From positions 11,575 through 75,574 of the IMG/VR virus record IMGVR_UViG_3300033073_001074: DNA of 64,000 nt; one strand, 5' to 3'. How positions within the stretch are numbered: the first letter of the stretch is position 1; every line of letters begins with the position of its first letter. This document shows, piece by piece, positions 37,890 to 48,700 of the stretch. The notes under the pieces were generated by a model that ran no database searches, was not told the origin of the DNA, and worked only from the letters and a program-made list of their open reading frames with translations. The stretch is from a virus (taxonomy: Duplodnaviria; Caudoviricetes). The position numbers and the translations under genes are program-made.

Positions 37890-38096
37890 TTACCATTTGT
37901 CAATGGGACATTTTTCTGAGTCCCAAGAAGCCTTGATGCTTAAAATACATCCGCACTCTTGACATGTACCATTTTTATTTTTATTACAAGATGTGCAAAT
38001 GTCTAATCTAGACTGATAAAGTTTCTCATCGGCCATTTTGAATCCGTTTTTTGCATGATTTAAAGCTGATGTGGCAAAATTAACTACTCTGCTCAT
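37890..38096 (-). CDS. Small Cys-rich protein (DUF6171-like)
   Basis: RLDICTSC...CQECGCIL..KA...EKCPIDKW. Confidence 0.7.
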   Translation of the reverse strand: MSRVVNFATSALNHAKNGFKMADEKLYQSRLDICTSCNKNKNGTCQECGCILSIKASWDSEKCPIDKW

Positions 38097-38440
38097 ATCA
38101 ATATTTCCTCAACATCTGAAATATGATTTTGTTGATATGCAAATTTCAATAAGAAATCTTCTGATATTGAAAAATATTCCCTTGCCCAATTCTTTAAGTT
38201 TACAATAAATTTATAATTTTTCGTATTATACTCTTGCACTAGCAGTGCTAGAAACTGCACGTTCGTTGGATTAATTAGTCCATTCTGTGTGCATGATCCA
38301 CAACTGATTTCGCCATTCTTAACCTTTTTAAAATTTTCTAGATGTCTTTTAAACGGTTCTAATTCCGGTAAATAGTTAAAAGCTATGTCGCTAGACATAA
38401 TAGAGATAATAAAATTTTGGTCTATATCAATTATTTTCAT
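38093..38440 (-). CDS. Hypothetical protein with CxxC
   Basis: 115 aa, SCGSC. Confidence 0.65.
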   Translation of the reverse strand: MKIIDIDQNFIISIMSSDIAFNYLPELEPFKRHLENFKKVKNGEISCGSCTQNGLINPTNVQFLALLVQEYNTKNYKFIVNLKNWAREYFSISEDFLLKFAYQQNHISDVEEILI

Positions 38441-38461
38441 TTAATTTTCCTTTTTAAAATT

Positions 38462-39991
38462 TCAAATTCCGCCACCGCCGCCACCGCCACCACCACCTGA
38501 ACATGCGGTAGTTTCACTTGAATTGCAACAAGTTAAAGTAACATCATCATTAATAAAATGGAATTCTACAGGAGGATCTTGGCCATTTCCACATCCATTA
38601 CAAAATACAGATTGTGTAGGAGACTGTGTTGTACAACTATCTACAATTGCATTTAATTGTGATAAAGTAAATTTTCCAGTAAAGTGCGCGCCAGCACCAC
38701 AATTCGGCTCACTGCCGCCCGGAACCTCAATTGTTAAATCCCAGTGACCAAAGTCTTCACAAGGATTACAAGGATCAAATTCACTTGGCCCCCAATAACA
38801 ATTATTTCCAGAAATAGGCTCTGCAACAAAATTTAATGAAGCTGTAAATGTTCCAGTTCCATCTGTGCCTATATATGAACAATTACTACCACATAATGTA
38901 AATGAAAAACTTTGATCCCAAATACTCTCGTCATTATACCATGATTGAGTTGAATTACATTCAGTTAAATATCCTTCTGGCGGTGCAGAAGGTGTAGAAA
39001 AGCTAATTTTAAAACATGTCACTGGTTCAATTTTTGATGGGCATGAACAATTTATACTAGTGCTGCCACAACAACCCATGAATCTCACACCCTTACAATT
39101 ACCATCACCGCCATAGAATGCGGGATAAAACACGCGAGCTGTTCCGCCACCACCGTTTAATTCTTCAGCCCACTTTCCATATCCTCTCGTGTCGCCCGTT
39201 TTAATATATTTATATCCGCAAATTCTATATGATGCCCAAGCAAAAGCGGGCCAACATAGAGTTCCACCTGCGCCAGTAGGAGGTCTTGCTGGCACACCGG
39301 GACAACCGCTATATTGATCATATGTACCAAGAACCATTAATATGTTGCCACTATTGCCACTACCAGCACCACCACCGCCACCACCAATCGGTCTCCATTC
39401 ATAATTAACTTTTGCAGCCATGAAATAATCACCCGACTGAAAAGATAACGCAGGATTTCTATTGTATAATGTGACTGTTTCTTGGTTAATTGCTAAGTCT
39501 TTACCGCGACGAATGTTGCCTTTACCTTTAGTTGGCGGATCTATATCGCTTGGCGCGGCTAAATCTTCACTCAGAGTACCTTCAATAATTTCTGGGCCAC
39601 CAACCCATACTTTACGACCTTCATCCCATCTAAGATCAATCGGGCCTGTTTTCCATTTTGATCTATCTGTTGGCGTGTCAGGATCGTGCGTGAGAGCGTT
39701 TACGCTAAGAGATGGTGTTGGAAGTCCAGCCGTGTCGTAGCCCCACCCAGACATCAATAATGGCCCACGCAAGCCAACCATTCTTGCTTCTGTTTGAGCT
39801 TGATATTTTCTAGGATTTAAATCAACTCCAATTTGATTTTTTGTATCGGCTGATATAGTATTGAAATCATTCTTTAGAAAAAACCAATAAGGGTCTAAAT
39901 TAAATGATACAGGAGATACTGATCTCAAATAAAATATACCACTTTGTTCTGAATCATAAACATATCTTTGTACTTCTGGCTTGTTAGGCAT
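38462..39991 (-). CDS. Tail-tip-associated protein with Cys-rich C-terminal region
   Basis: Position in the tail-tip module; poly-Gly linker, then about 22 Cys, ending in poly-Gly. Confidence 0.6.
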   Translation of the reverse strand: MPNKPEVQRYVYDSEQSGIFYLRSVSPVSFNLDPYWFFLKNDFNTISADTKNQIGVDLNPRKYQAQTEARMVGLRGPLLMSGWGYDTAGLPTPSLSVNALTHDPDTPTDRSKWKTGPIDLRWDEGRKVWVGGPEIIEGTLSEDLAAPSDIDPPTKGKGNIRRGKDLAINQETVTLYNRNPALSFQSGDYFMAAKVNYEWRPIGGGGGGAGSGNSGNILMVLGTYDQYSGCPGVPARPPTGAGGTLCWPAFAWASYRICGYKYIKTGDTRGYGKWAEELNGGGGTARVFYPAFYGGDGNCKGVRFMGCCGSTSINCSCPSKIEPVTCFKISFSTPSAPPEGYLTECNSTQSWYNDESIWDQSFSFTLCGSNCSYIGTDGTGTFTASLNFVAEPISGNNCYWGPSEFDPCNPCEDFGHWDLTIEVPGGSEPNCGAGAHFTGKFTLSQLNAIVDSCTTQSPTQSVFCNGCGNGQDPPVEFHFINDDVTLTCCNSSETTACSGGGGGGGGGGI

Positions 39992-40001
39992 TATCTTTCC
40001 T

Positions 40002-42800
40002 TTATGACCATTGATTTGGAAGTGCTATTGGTGACATGATAGACTCCATGCTGGCAACATAAGTTTGTTCCCACTTATTTGCCGCTTGTTGTACTGCTGC
40101 GTGTATGTGCGCGGCAGCTCCGCCAACAGACTTATTTTTTCCTGAACTATCGTAATTAGATAAAAACATAGCAACAGTTTGCATAGATGGGGCTTTATTA
40201 GGATTTGTAATATTATATTTTTCAAGCTGCCCAAGTAATTTGTAATTCATAGATTTTATAGGAGGATTCTTGATTAATTCTCGAAGTCTCTTATAGAAGC
40301 TCATAATATTTTTATTATGACTCATTAATCTATTAACATTATATTGTGCAATTTTAGCAAATGTCTTTGTCCATGTATGGAATTCATAAGTAGTTTCAAC
40401 TCCATTCACACCTATATTTATAGACATGCCAGTAATATAAGGCCCATTTTTTTCCATTCTTTCACCAAGATTTCCAGATGGCAAGTCTGCGATAGTTACA
40501 TTTCCACTTTCTACCTCGTGAACTTGAGCCATATCTGATTTCACTAGATAATCTGCATATTTATTCATCAAGTCAACACTGCCAAAAGTTTGAGGTTTCA
40601 TTTCAGTATTTTCGTAAACTTTAGTTTTGCCGTATTGTCCATCTACACCGTTGCCACCTTGTACAGTGTCAAAGTTAAACCACGGACCCCAAACATATCT
40701 TGTACTCTTTTGCGGAACTCCTAGGTAGGTTGGAGCCATCATTGCTGGACCAATTCCAAAATCTAAATTTTCAAATCCAAACATAGTATGATAGCCATTA
40801 TATATTTCTTGACCAAGCATAACTCTAGCTAACATATTCCATCCATTTGAATGTGTAGTAATATCATCAATCCAAGGAATTCCTTGAACTTGAACACAGG
40901 TAAAACCTTTTACGTCTGATGTTGGATTTCCAAAAACATCAGTTCCTTTAAATTCTATCCAGTTTGTGCCTAGTTCTGTATTAATCTCTGCCGGAACTCC
41001 TATGCTATTTCCATATGCCCCAAGATAAACAGCGGAATATTTATTTCCAATAGAACTGAAATCTAAATTTTTTTGATTCGGATAAACCGCTACAGATTCC
41101 AATGTTCCATCTGAATTATAAAATGTCATATCTGGAAAATTCTTTTTAAGTAATTCGCCCATCCATCCAGATTGTTCAACTGTCCACAATTCTTCAGCTT
41201 TAACATCTTGCATTATCCATCGCCAATTATTCGATAATCCTCCCGGTTCTCCGGGCAACATTACCATAAACTTTTTACCATAAGCATCTTGTCCAACAGC
41301 TTGTACTGCTTTAAACCTAGCTTCTATTGCTGCTTGCTTTAATAGTAATCCAAGTTTAGCTTGCGGAGCAAGTGTAGCAAACAAATCTGATAATTGAACT
41401 TCTTTTCTCTCTGGATTCAATTCTGCATATGGAAAAGTTGCCATTGCAGCAGAAGCTGCACCGACCTCTAAAGATGTTTCAGTAAGATCAGTTGGTATTG
41501 CTTCACCTTGTAATAATCGTGAAAATAAAAATAAATTAGATTCTCCACCAAGCCAATTATTTCCAGCCACTTCCCAAGGGCCACCAGCTTTAGCAGCAAA
41601 TACATGGTATGCACTCCAAGCCTTTCTACCAGACATGGCGCATCTGATCTCTAATAAATTAGTAGTAATAACTGTAAAGTTACCCTGTGATCCACCATCT
41701 ACAACTGCTGTGATAGGTTGATATAGTCTAGCAGGATTGGTTACATCATATCTAAATACCGCAGATTCGTAATCTAGGTAATAAGTAGTATTTGCGCCAG
41801 TCCCCACAGTTCCCCATATTGGAAATATATTTGTATAATCAGCTAAAAAATATCGAGTTGCCGCATCGCCAATCATTATTTTTTGAGTGTCTACATCGGC
41901 CAATTCTTTACCAATAGAATATGAAGCAAGTTTTTTATCTTTATCGGGAACATTTTTTAATGTATTAATATATGTTGAAATTGCATCCGGATCTGGAGCA
42001 TATTTACGAGACATTACCATTAACTTAATTTTAAGATTTTCAGTAACAACATCGCTTCCTTCTTTGGTATCTCCTGTGATAGTATATGCAAAATCATACA
42101 TGCCAACATCACATATATCAGTAATTAATGCGTGCAAAGAAGGAAAATCTGTACTAGTTCTATAATCGCCAATACCGGCTAGAACTTCTCCTAAAGCATC
42201 AAGATCAAGATCATATTTAGCTTGTGCATAATAAATTTTACCACCAAAGATGCCCTTGCTCATTGTTGTATATATATCTTGCACAATATTACTTAGCGGG
42301 TATCCAAGCTCATTAGTATCTGCGCCGCCAAAATGTCCACCAGTTTGAGCATTATAAGAATAATTTTCTTTATGTGCAAATACATTAATAACATTGGTTG
42401 GATTACTTCCACCATATGTCATCTTTTCGTTGTCCCAAGGATGACTAAGTTTAGCGGGGTCGTCTGTTTTATATGTTGTTCCTTGGAATTTATTTAATAC
42501 AATATAAACGCCATCCATAATTTTAGACGGGCTTTCAAGTAAAACATCGTATGTTCTACCAGATTCTACACTTTCAGAATAGCTTGTTTTTTGTAAAATC
42601 CCAATGAATTCCATCGCCCCAAATTTAAATTTACATGGAGTACCTAGTTTTACTTTTGCCTTATTAAAGTAAATTCCGTTTACCGGATCTTCTACCACCT
42701 TTAATGAACATGAACTAGTTTCACCGCCCCATCCTAAATTTAGTGAAGCGCTAACTACATATGCACCAAGAAATGTTGGTGGAGCGTTAAGAATTGCCAT
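40002..42800 (-). CDS. Large tail-tip/baseplate hub-like protein
   Basis: 932 aa, third gene downstream of the TMP; beta-rich N-terminus (ASLNLGWGGETSSCSLKVVED). Confidence 0.55.
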   Translation of the reverse strand: MAILNAPPTFLGAYVVSASLNLGWGGETSSCSLKVVEDPVNGIYFNKAKVKLGTPCKFKFGAMEFIGILQKTSYSESVESGRTYDVLLESPSKIMDGVYIVLNKFQGTTYKTDDPAKLSHPWDNEKMTYGGSNPTNVINVFAHKENYSYNAQTGGHFGGADTNELGYPLSNIVQDIYTTMSKGIFGGKIYYAQAKYDLDLDALGEVLAGIGDYRTSTDFPSLHALITDICDVGMYDFAYTITGDTKEGSDVVTENLKIKLMVMSRKYAPDPDAISTYINTLKNVPDKDKKLASYSIGKELADVDTQKIMIGDAATRYFLADYTNIFPIWGTVGTGANTTYYLDYESAVFRYDVTNPARLYQPITAVVDGGSQGNFTVITTNLLEIRCAMSGRKAWSAYHVFAAKAGGPWEVAGNNWLGGESNLFLFSRLLQGEAIPTDLTETSLEVGAASAAMATFPYAELNPERKEVQLSDLFATLAPQAKLGLLLKQAAIEARFKAVQAVGQDAYGKKFMVMLPGEPGGLSNNWRWIMQDVKAEELWTVEQSGWMGELLKKNFPDMTFYNSDGTLESVAVYPNQKNLDFSSIGNKYSAVYLGAYGNSIGVPAEINTELGTNWIEFKGTDVFGNPTSDVKGFTCVQVQGIPWIDDITTHSNGWNMLARVMLGQEIYNGYHTMFGFENLDFGIGPAMMAPTYLGVPQKSTRYVWGPWFNFDTVQGGNGVDGQYGKTKVYENTEMKPQTFGSVDLMNKYADYLVKSDMAQVHEVESGNVTIADLPSGNLGERMEKNGPYITGMSINIGVNGVETTYEFHTWTKTFAKIAQYNVNRLMSHNKNIMSFYKRLRELIKNPPIKSMNYKLLGQLEKYNITNPNKAPSMQTVAMFLSNYDSSGKNKSVGGAAAHIHAAVQQAANKWEQTYVASMESIMSPIALPNQWS

Positions 42801-42815
42801 TAAAAAACTCCTGTA

Positions 42816-44444
42816 TTAATACTTTTGATAAATCCATGTGATAGATCCTTGATATCTTCCGGCTACCCAGTCCCATTCCGATTTTGCATCTTGAACATAA
42901 CAAAGATCCATTGCGGGATTATTATATGCTCCTGCTGCCCCCGGTTTATATTTATTTAGCTCCGCTATTGCTGTTGCGGCAGGATTATTGTCGGGTTTTT
43001 TACATGATTCATGGAATATAATTTCTATACTAGCACTTCTAGCTCGCTCTTTTGTAGTTCCCATGTCCTGAATAACGGGTCCAGCCGCACGCCCTATGAT
43101 TGGAATTATAGCTATAGTTTGTATAGATGCAAAATCTGATCTATTATCATCTGACACATTTAATGTTGCCGAAATAGCCCCCGGAAATGTATCTTTTAGG
43201 TTGAATGCGGCAGAAGATATTGCCTTGTACATTACATTAAATTGAATTGTACCAGTGTTTTTATTCTCTGTTACAGTGATTGATCTTGGATATTTATCTA
43301 ACTGAAGAGTGCCAGCGCATTTTCCATTGGCATTATAGTATCTAGTAAATACTTTATTTGCTAGTTTTCTTCCGGGGCTATCTTCTCCCCATCCACCGGA
43401 ACTAATAGCATCGTATCCATCTTTAGATTGCAACAGCTTATCATTAACATTAGATTTAACATCAAGCTCTGTCAAGCCAGAGATAGTGCCTTCAACTGTC
43501 ATTGATATTGCACCAGAGTCATCTTGATTAAACCCACAATTTATCTCAAAGCAATATGTATCTATTGCCATTAAAAATGTCGTTGTTACAGTATATGAAC
43601 CAGCAACTACATCAATAGCACTTGATCTTACACGATTAAAAGATGTGTATTGAGATAAAGAATCTGCAACATTTGAAGACCCATCAGAAGGTTTCCATGT
43701 TCCAATTTCATATGTGCTTTGAGAATTTTCTAAATATGTATTTTGATTAATGGTTGCATCTTCTGCTATATCTTCATTGAGATTGGCCAATCTATCATTT
43801 ACATAATTCCAAGCCTCATACCATGCTTCATTTTTTACAGCTCCAGCAGTTTCTCCTGATTCAAATTTTTTCATACCAGTTGCAGATAAGGTATGTTCTA
43901 TTTCATACGGATATTTCCAAGTATCAGCTTCTATTTTATCGTTTGTATCAAAAATCGCAAATTCTGTAGACTTTTTAATATTCCAAGTTTCACTTACGGA
44001 AGAAATTTTATAAGCATCATAGATATTATCTTTTGGCTGTGATGCTTCAAATGACAATTGATATTCTTGAATTTGAATACCGGCGGTTTCATCGGGTGGC
44101 TCAGGTAGAGATACGGATAATAGTTTTGCATCATTATATCTTATAACTTGAGTTAATGTATTAACTGTGCCAATTGCTTCTGGATTAATTTCAAGCAGTC
44201 CGGCTTGAATACTGGCATCTGCTGTGCCTTTGCCAAATAATTCAAGCATTTTTTGATATAAATCAGCTTGTCTAGAAGCAGCTAACGGATCTCCTTGAGC
44301 TAAGAAATATCCTTTAATAGTAATGCTGTGCTTTTGTCCTATGGCAGTGCCATCATCTGTTCTCAAAAATTCTCTGGTAATACCAATGTTTGGATTGGTA
44401 CTACTAACATCTATTTGATTTCCAGCCCAGTTTATTTTTGCCAT
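42816..44444 (-). CDS. Tail protein (distal-tail-like)
   Basis: 542 aa downstream of the TMP; recurring beta motifs (HSITIKG, EHTLSATG, TVEGTISG). Confidence 0.5.
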   Translation of the reverse strand: MAKINWAGNQIDVSSTNPNIGITREFLRTDDGTAIGQKHSITIKGYFLAQGDPLAASRQADLYQKMLELFGKGTADASIQAGLLEINPEAIGTVNTLTQVIRYNDAKLLSVSLPEPPDETAGIQIQEYQLSFEASQPKDNIYDAYKISSVSETWNIKKSTEFAIFDTNDKIEADTWKYPYEIEHTLSATGMKKFESGETAGAVKNEAWYEAWNYVNDRLANLNEDIAEDATINQNTYLENSQSTYEIGTWKPSDGSSNVADSLSQYTSFNRVRSSAIDVVAGSYTVTTTFLMAIDTYCFEINCGFNQDDSGAISMTVEGTISGLTELDVKSNVNDKLLQSKDGYDAISSGGWGEDSPGRKLANKVFTRYYNANGKCAGTLQLDKYPRSITVTENKNTGTIQFNVMYKAISSAAFNLKDTFPGAISATLNVSDDNRSDFASIQTIAIIPIIGRAAGPVIQDMGTTKERARSASIEIIFHESCKKPDNNPAATAIAELNKYKPGAAGAYNNPAMDLCYVQDAKSEWDWVAGRYQGSITWIYQKY

Positions 44445-44455
44445 CTTAGTTCCTA

Positions 44456-45790
44456 TTAGCTATATAGACCATTAATTCCGGTGTATATGGGATTATTACC
44501 ATAAGTAAATAACGAAAGTCCCGAATTAGGGATATCTTTGCCCGAAGAAAACATAGATATTCCAGAAACGCTATGTGTAGCACATCTTGTATAAAGATTG
44601 AGATTGCTATCAACTAATCTATTATACACCATAAGTGGCATGTATCCGTATTCTGGTCTATCAATATATAAATATAGCGCACCAGATACTTTAGATACTT
44701 CTTCACACATAACCATAAGAGTAGTTGATTCAAACTTAGGATTGTAATAATTCCATTTAGTATTTAAGTATCCATTTAGATTATACATTTCTCCACTATT
44801 AATTACTCTGTTATAAATTATAATTTCATTAATAGCTATGTTGTCTAATCCGATACCATCAAGATAGCCGTTGATTGATCCAAAATTAAGTTTTGATAAT
44901 GGATCGGTAACAACGCCTGATGAGATTAGTCTGTTATTATAGTAGAACTTTACTAAGTTTGGAGATCTAGCAACTGTAAAAATACCACCACTATTAGGAA
45001 TTGGTTGTGTGCTACCAATTGTAAATCCACCAACTCTATGGTAGAATTTTTGTGATAATACATATGATTCCAATTCAATCTTAGTAATTTCATTAATACC
45101 AAGAGCGGAAATTGGTGCGGAAGCATAGAAAGAGCTTTCATCGGTAGATACACCAGCAAGCAATAAACCAGTTCCCATATTTTTAGCAGCTATGACAACA
45201 GTATACTCATCGTATAAGTTCATATAATAGTCATGGTGGGCTAATGTTTGGGCGTTTGTAAAGTTTACTGTTCTAGTTGTTGTATCGTATGTGGGCGAGC
45301 TATAAGATTGAACTGTAAAATCATTATTGTAAGTTGATTTATCATTCCATCCGGAAACAACATTCGACGAAGAGAATGTCATAGTGCCGGAATCATATCC
45401 ATCGAGCCACAGCTTAAGACCTAAAATTGTATCCGGAGAAGATCCTGTATCAATAGTGCTAACGAAGAGTGGGGTTTGTGTACTTGCTACATCATATGGC
45501 GCTCTTGGGCCATTGATATATAAATACATTGACCCACTACCATTTGCGGTTTCATCTGTTTTAATATATAGATTAGCTGAATTCTGAGTATTAGGTCCAC
45601 TATTATAGTAAGATGACATATACAGAGAAATTCCACTAGCATAGCCTGATGGTAGGATAGGCTGATTTTGATTGCCGGTGGGCGGCGGGACGTATGGATT
45701 TGGAGTATATCCAGATGTGGATAATGTTGCCAAATTTCTACTAAATCCAGCCGCTATATAAAGTCCTATATTTCCACTCGATGTTGACAT
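44456..45790 (-). CDS. Virion protein with LamG/concanavalin-like domain
   Basis: LKLWLDGYDSGT...VSGWNDKS...INEIIIYNRVI; flanked by L.LY repeats. Confidence 0.7.
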   Translation of the reverse strand: MSTSSGNIGLYIAAGFSRNLATLSTSGYTPNPYVPPPTGNQNQPILPSGYASGISLYMSSYYNSGPNTQNSANLYIKTDETANGSGSMYLYINGPRAPYDVASTQTPLFVSTIDTGSSPDTILGLKLWLDGYDSGTMTFSSSNVVSGWNDKSTYNNDFTVQSYSSPTYDTTTRTVNFTNAQTLAHHDYYMNLYDEYTVVIAAKNMGTGLLLAGVSTDESSFYASAPISALGINEITKIELESYVLSQKFYHRVGGFTIGSTQPIPNSGGIFTVARSPNLVKFYYNNRLISSGVVTDPLSKLNFGSINGYLDGIGLDNIAINEIIIYNRVINSGEMYNLNGYLNTKWNYYNPKFESTTLMVMCEEVSKVSGALYLYIDRPEYGYMPLMVYNRLVDSNLNLYTRCATHSVSGISMFSSGKDIPNSGLSLFTYGNNPIYTGINGLYS

Positions 45791-45793
45791 ATA

Positions 45794-48700
45794 TCAGCCC
45801 GGCTTCCATTGTTTATTAGTATTGCTCATATAATCTTGAATCTTTTCTTTGATCAAGTTTCCAATATTCTTTGTAATGACATCATTGATTTCATTTACAT
45901 TTAATCCTGCCACAGTTACTGAACCTTGTAAATTAACTGTGTGAGTCATATTTATATTAGTTAACTTATCAACAAAAGACTGTATATTATTTGAGAATTG
46001 ATTTAGACTTTCAGTTAAAGGATTATTTCCAAGAGCATCTTGAATATATTTTGACCCCGTAGCAAAAGCAGAGTTAATAGCATTGTTAATGCTGCTCATA
46101 TCAACTGCTGGGCCACCTCCAATTGCGCCACCGCCAGCGGCATAAGTTACGCCACCAACAATGCCACCAGTTGCAAAACCTTGCATTTGCCCATTGTTTA
46201 GCTTGTTCATTGCGTGAGTGCCATATTTTTTAACAGCTCTCTCGTTCATAACAAATTCGCCCGGAGTTAGCATAGCTGGAATTTTATCTGTACTGCCGAT
46301 ATTTTTAATTCCACCTTTTGCAAAACCTGTAGATGGAACAATACCACCAGTAGCAAAAGCGGTTCCTAACCAATTCCCCACTTTGCTCATCCAAGTACCT
46401 CGGACATTAGCAGCCGCCTCATCAGCCTGTCTTGTTTTTTCATCTATTTCGGCTTTATTTTTTGCATCTTCTTCTGCTTTAAGTTTTATATAATTATCTG
46501 GCGTTGTTGGTATTCCATGCCAATAAGCTACTGGACCCCCAGAGTAAGATTCTAATTCAGTACGAGGAGGAACTACTCCACGTCCTTGCATTGCTCGATT
46601 ATTTGCTTCATCCCAATCTTTTTTAGATTTTTCGGCATTTCTTCTTGCCTGCTCTTCATCTTGTGTTTTTTTTCTTGATTCAAGAGTAGGATTACCAAAT
46701 GTCTTTGCATTGGCATCTATCCAACTATCGCTTTCTTCTATTTTAACTCCAGAAGGTGGAGTATTAACTATTGGAGCTAATCCTCTTTCAGCATTTCTTC
46801 TATCTCTTTCGATGCGTATATTTTTTTGATCTTCTTTTTGCTTTTCTGCCATAGCAAGCAATTCCTGCAAACCTATTTTTTTATTGTTAGGTCTATTTCG
46901 TATTTCTTCTTCATACGCTTCGATTCTCTTATTTCTGGCATCAACGACATCCTTATTTTCATCAGGATATTTAGCCTTTGCTTTTGCAGTAGCTTCTGCT
47001 CTTTTTTGTGCAGCCCAATCTTGATATTCTTTCTTTTTCTTTATTTCATCTTGTTTATCAGCATATTCATTTACAATATCTTCCGCTCTTCTTCTTTCAA
47101 CTTCATAAAGTCCACTGCCAATCGAAAAGTTTCCTAATCCAGCCCTTCTTTGTGCGGCACTTACTGTTGGAACAAGAATATCACCCCCAGCTTCGCGTTG
47201 GACTTTAAGAAGATTTCCTTTTGCAATTGCTCTTTTTTCAGCTCTTTTTCTGGCTGCATTTCGTTTAGATGCAAGACCACCGACCGCAAATGGTAATCCA
47301 ATATTCATAGGCATATTATTACTAAATTGCATATTCAATGGAGAAAATCCGCCAACACCAGCAAATCCATTCATCGCAGTTTGATTAAAAGCATCTATCA
47401 TTCCGAATGCAGTGTCATTAAAGCTATTGTACATATAATTGCTAAATTGACCGAAAGCTCTGTCTGGTGCTGTCGCATAGTTATACCAGCTACTCATCAT
47501 AGCGTTAGACGTATTCAGAAAGTTATTATCCATCCAATTACTTGAACGATCCATCCAAGTAGGATATCCCCCAAAAGCCTTATAGTTGCCCGAATTAATA
47601 GCGTGAAGTTTATCAGCTCCAACTTTATCAACCGCGCTTTTTCTAATTACAAATTCGCCCGGAGAAAGCATAGCTGGAACTGTATCGGTTCCTTGAGGTT
47701 TGAAGTTTACATATTTTCCATTAGCAGCATATACAACTCCCCCTGACGAAAATTTTCTCTCGCCCTGTTCCATAGGGGGTATCGGCTGTCCATTGAAATT
47801 TTTAATAGCGGATTCTAATTTGATAACCTCATCTTTAAGTTTAACTTCTTCATCTTTTAATTTTGTAATTTCATCTGTTAAATTTTTAATTCTTTCATCT
47901 GTTAATGGCTTGAGATTAACGCCTAGATCAGAAAGAGATTTATTCAACGCTTCTGTTTTTGTATTTAAAACTTGTAGTTGAATAGTATTTTCTTTTCTTA
48001 GCAATTCTTCTGGAGATTTTATTTCTGCTAACTCAGCCCTTAATGCGTTTGCTTGATCTCCCTTGAGACCCGCGATTCCTTCAATTGCAGCTCTTCTTTG
48101 TTGCATAACGCCCTCAACTCTTGTTGTGGCATCCATTCTTCTAGCTTCAGCTCTATTTTGTAGGTTTCCGAGTGGATTACCTTGGAATCGTATTATTTCA
48201 TTAATAATATCTTGTCCGGTTCTATTTCCAAGGCCCGGTCCTAGTTCAACATTTCTAAATTTTGATGCAAACTGTTGAATATTTTTTAATGCCTCGTCAT
48301 TCAATCCACCGCTAGCAGCGATCTTAGCTTGAAACATAGGATTATTAAGAAACATTCTTAAGAAATTCTCTGTTTGGGCAGTCTGCATTCTGTTTTCTTG
48401 TCCGCCAAATACCAGATCTTCTTGTGCAGATTGAATATCATTAACCTGTTGTTGTGCATCAGCCTGTTGTTGTTGTAAAACAGCTAAAGTTTTTGAACTT
48501 TCAGCTAATGTATCCAAAGCACCATTCAATCTTTTTATTCTATTTTGTGTTTCTTGAGTAGCATTATCATTTAATCCACCTTTAGCTAGTTGAGCTTGAG
48601 CTTCTCTAATTCCATCTAAAAGACCATTAACAGCCTCCACTCCACCTTTTCTAAATGACTGCTCATCTTTTCCAGTCAATCCAAACTTTGCAACATTTGC

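Noticed and set aside
38466-38497. (CCG/CCA)n microsatellite
   Set aside because: It is the poly-Gly C-terminus of the 509-aa CDS, not an independent repeat element.
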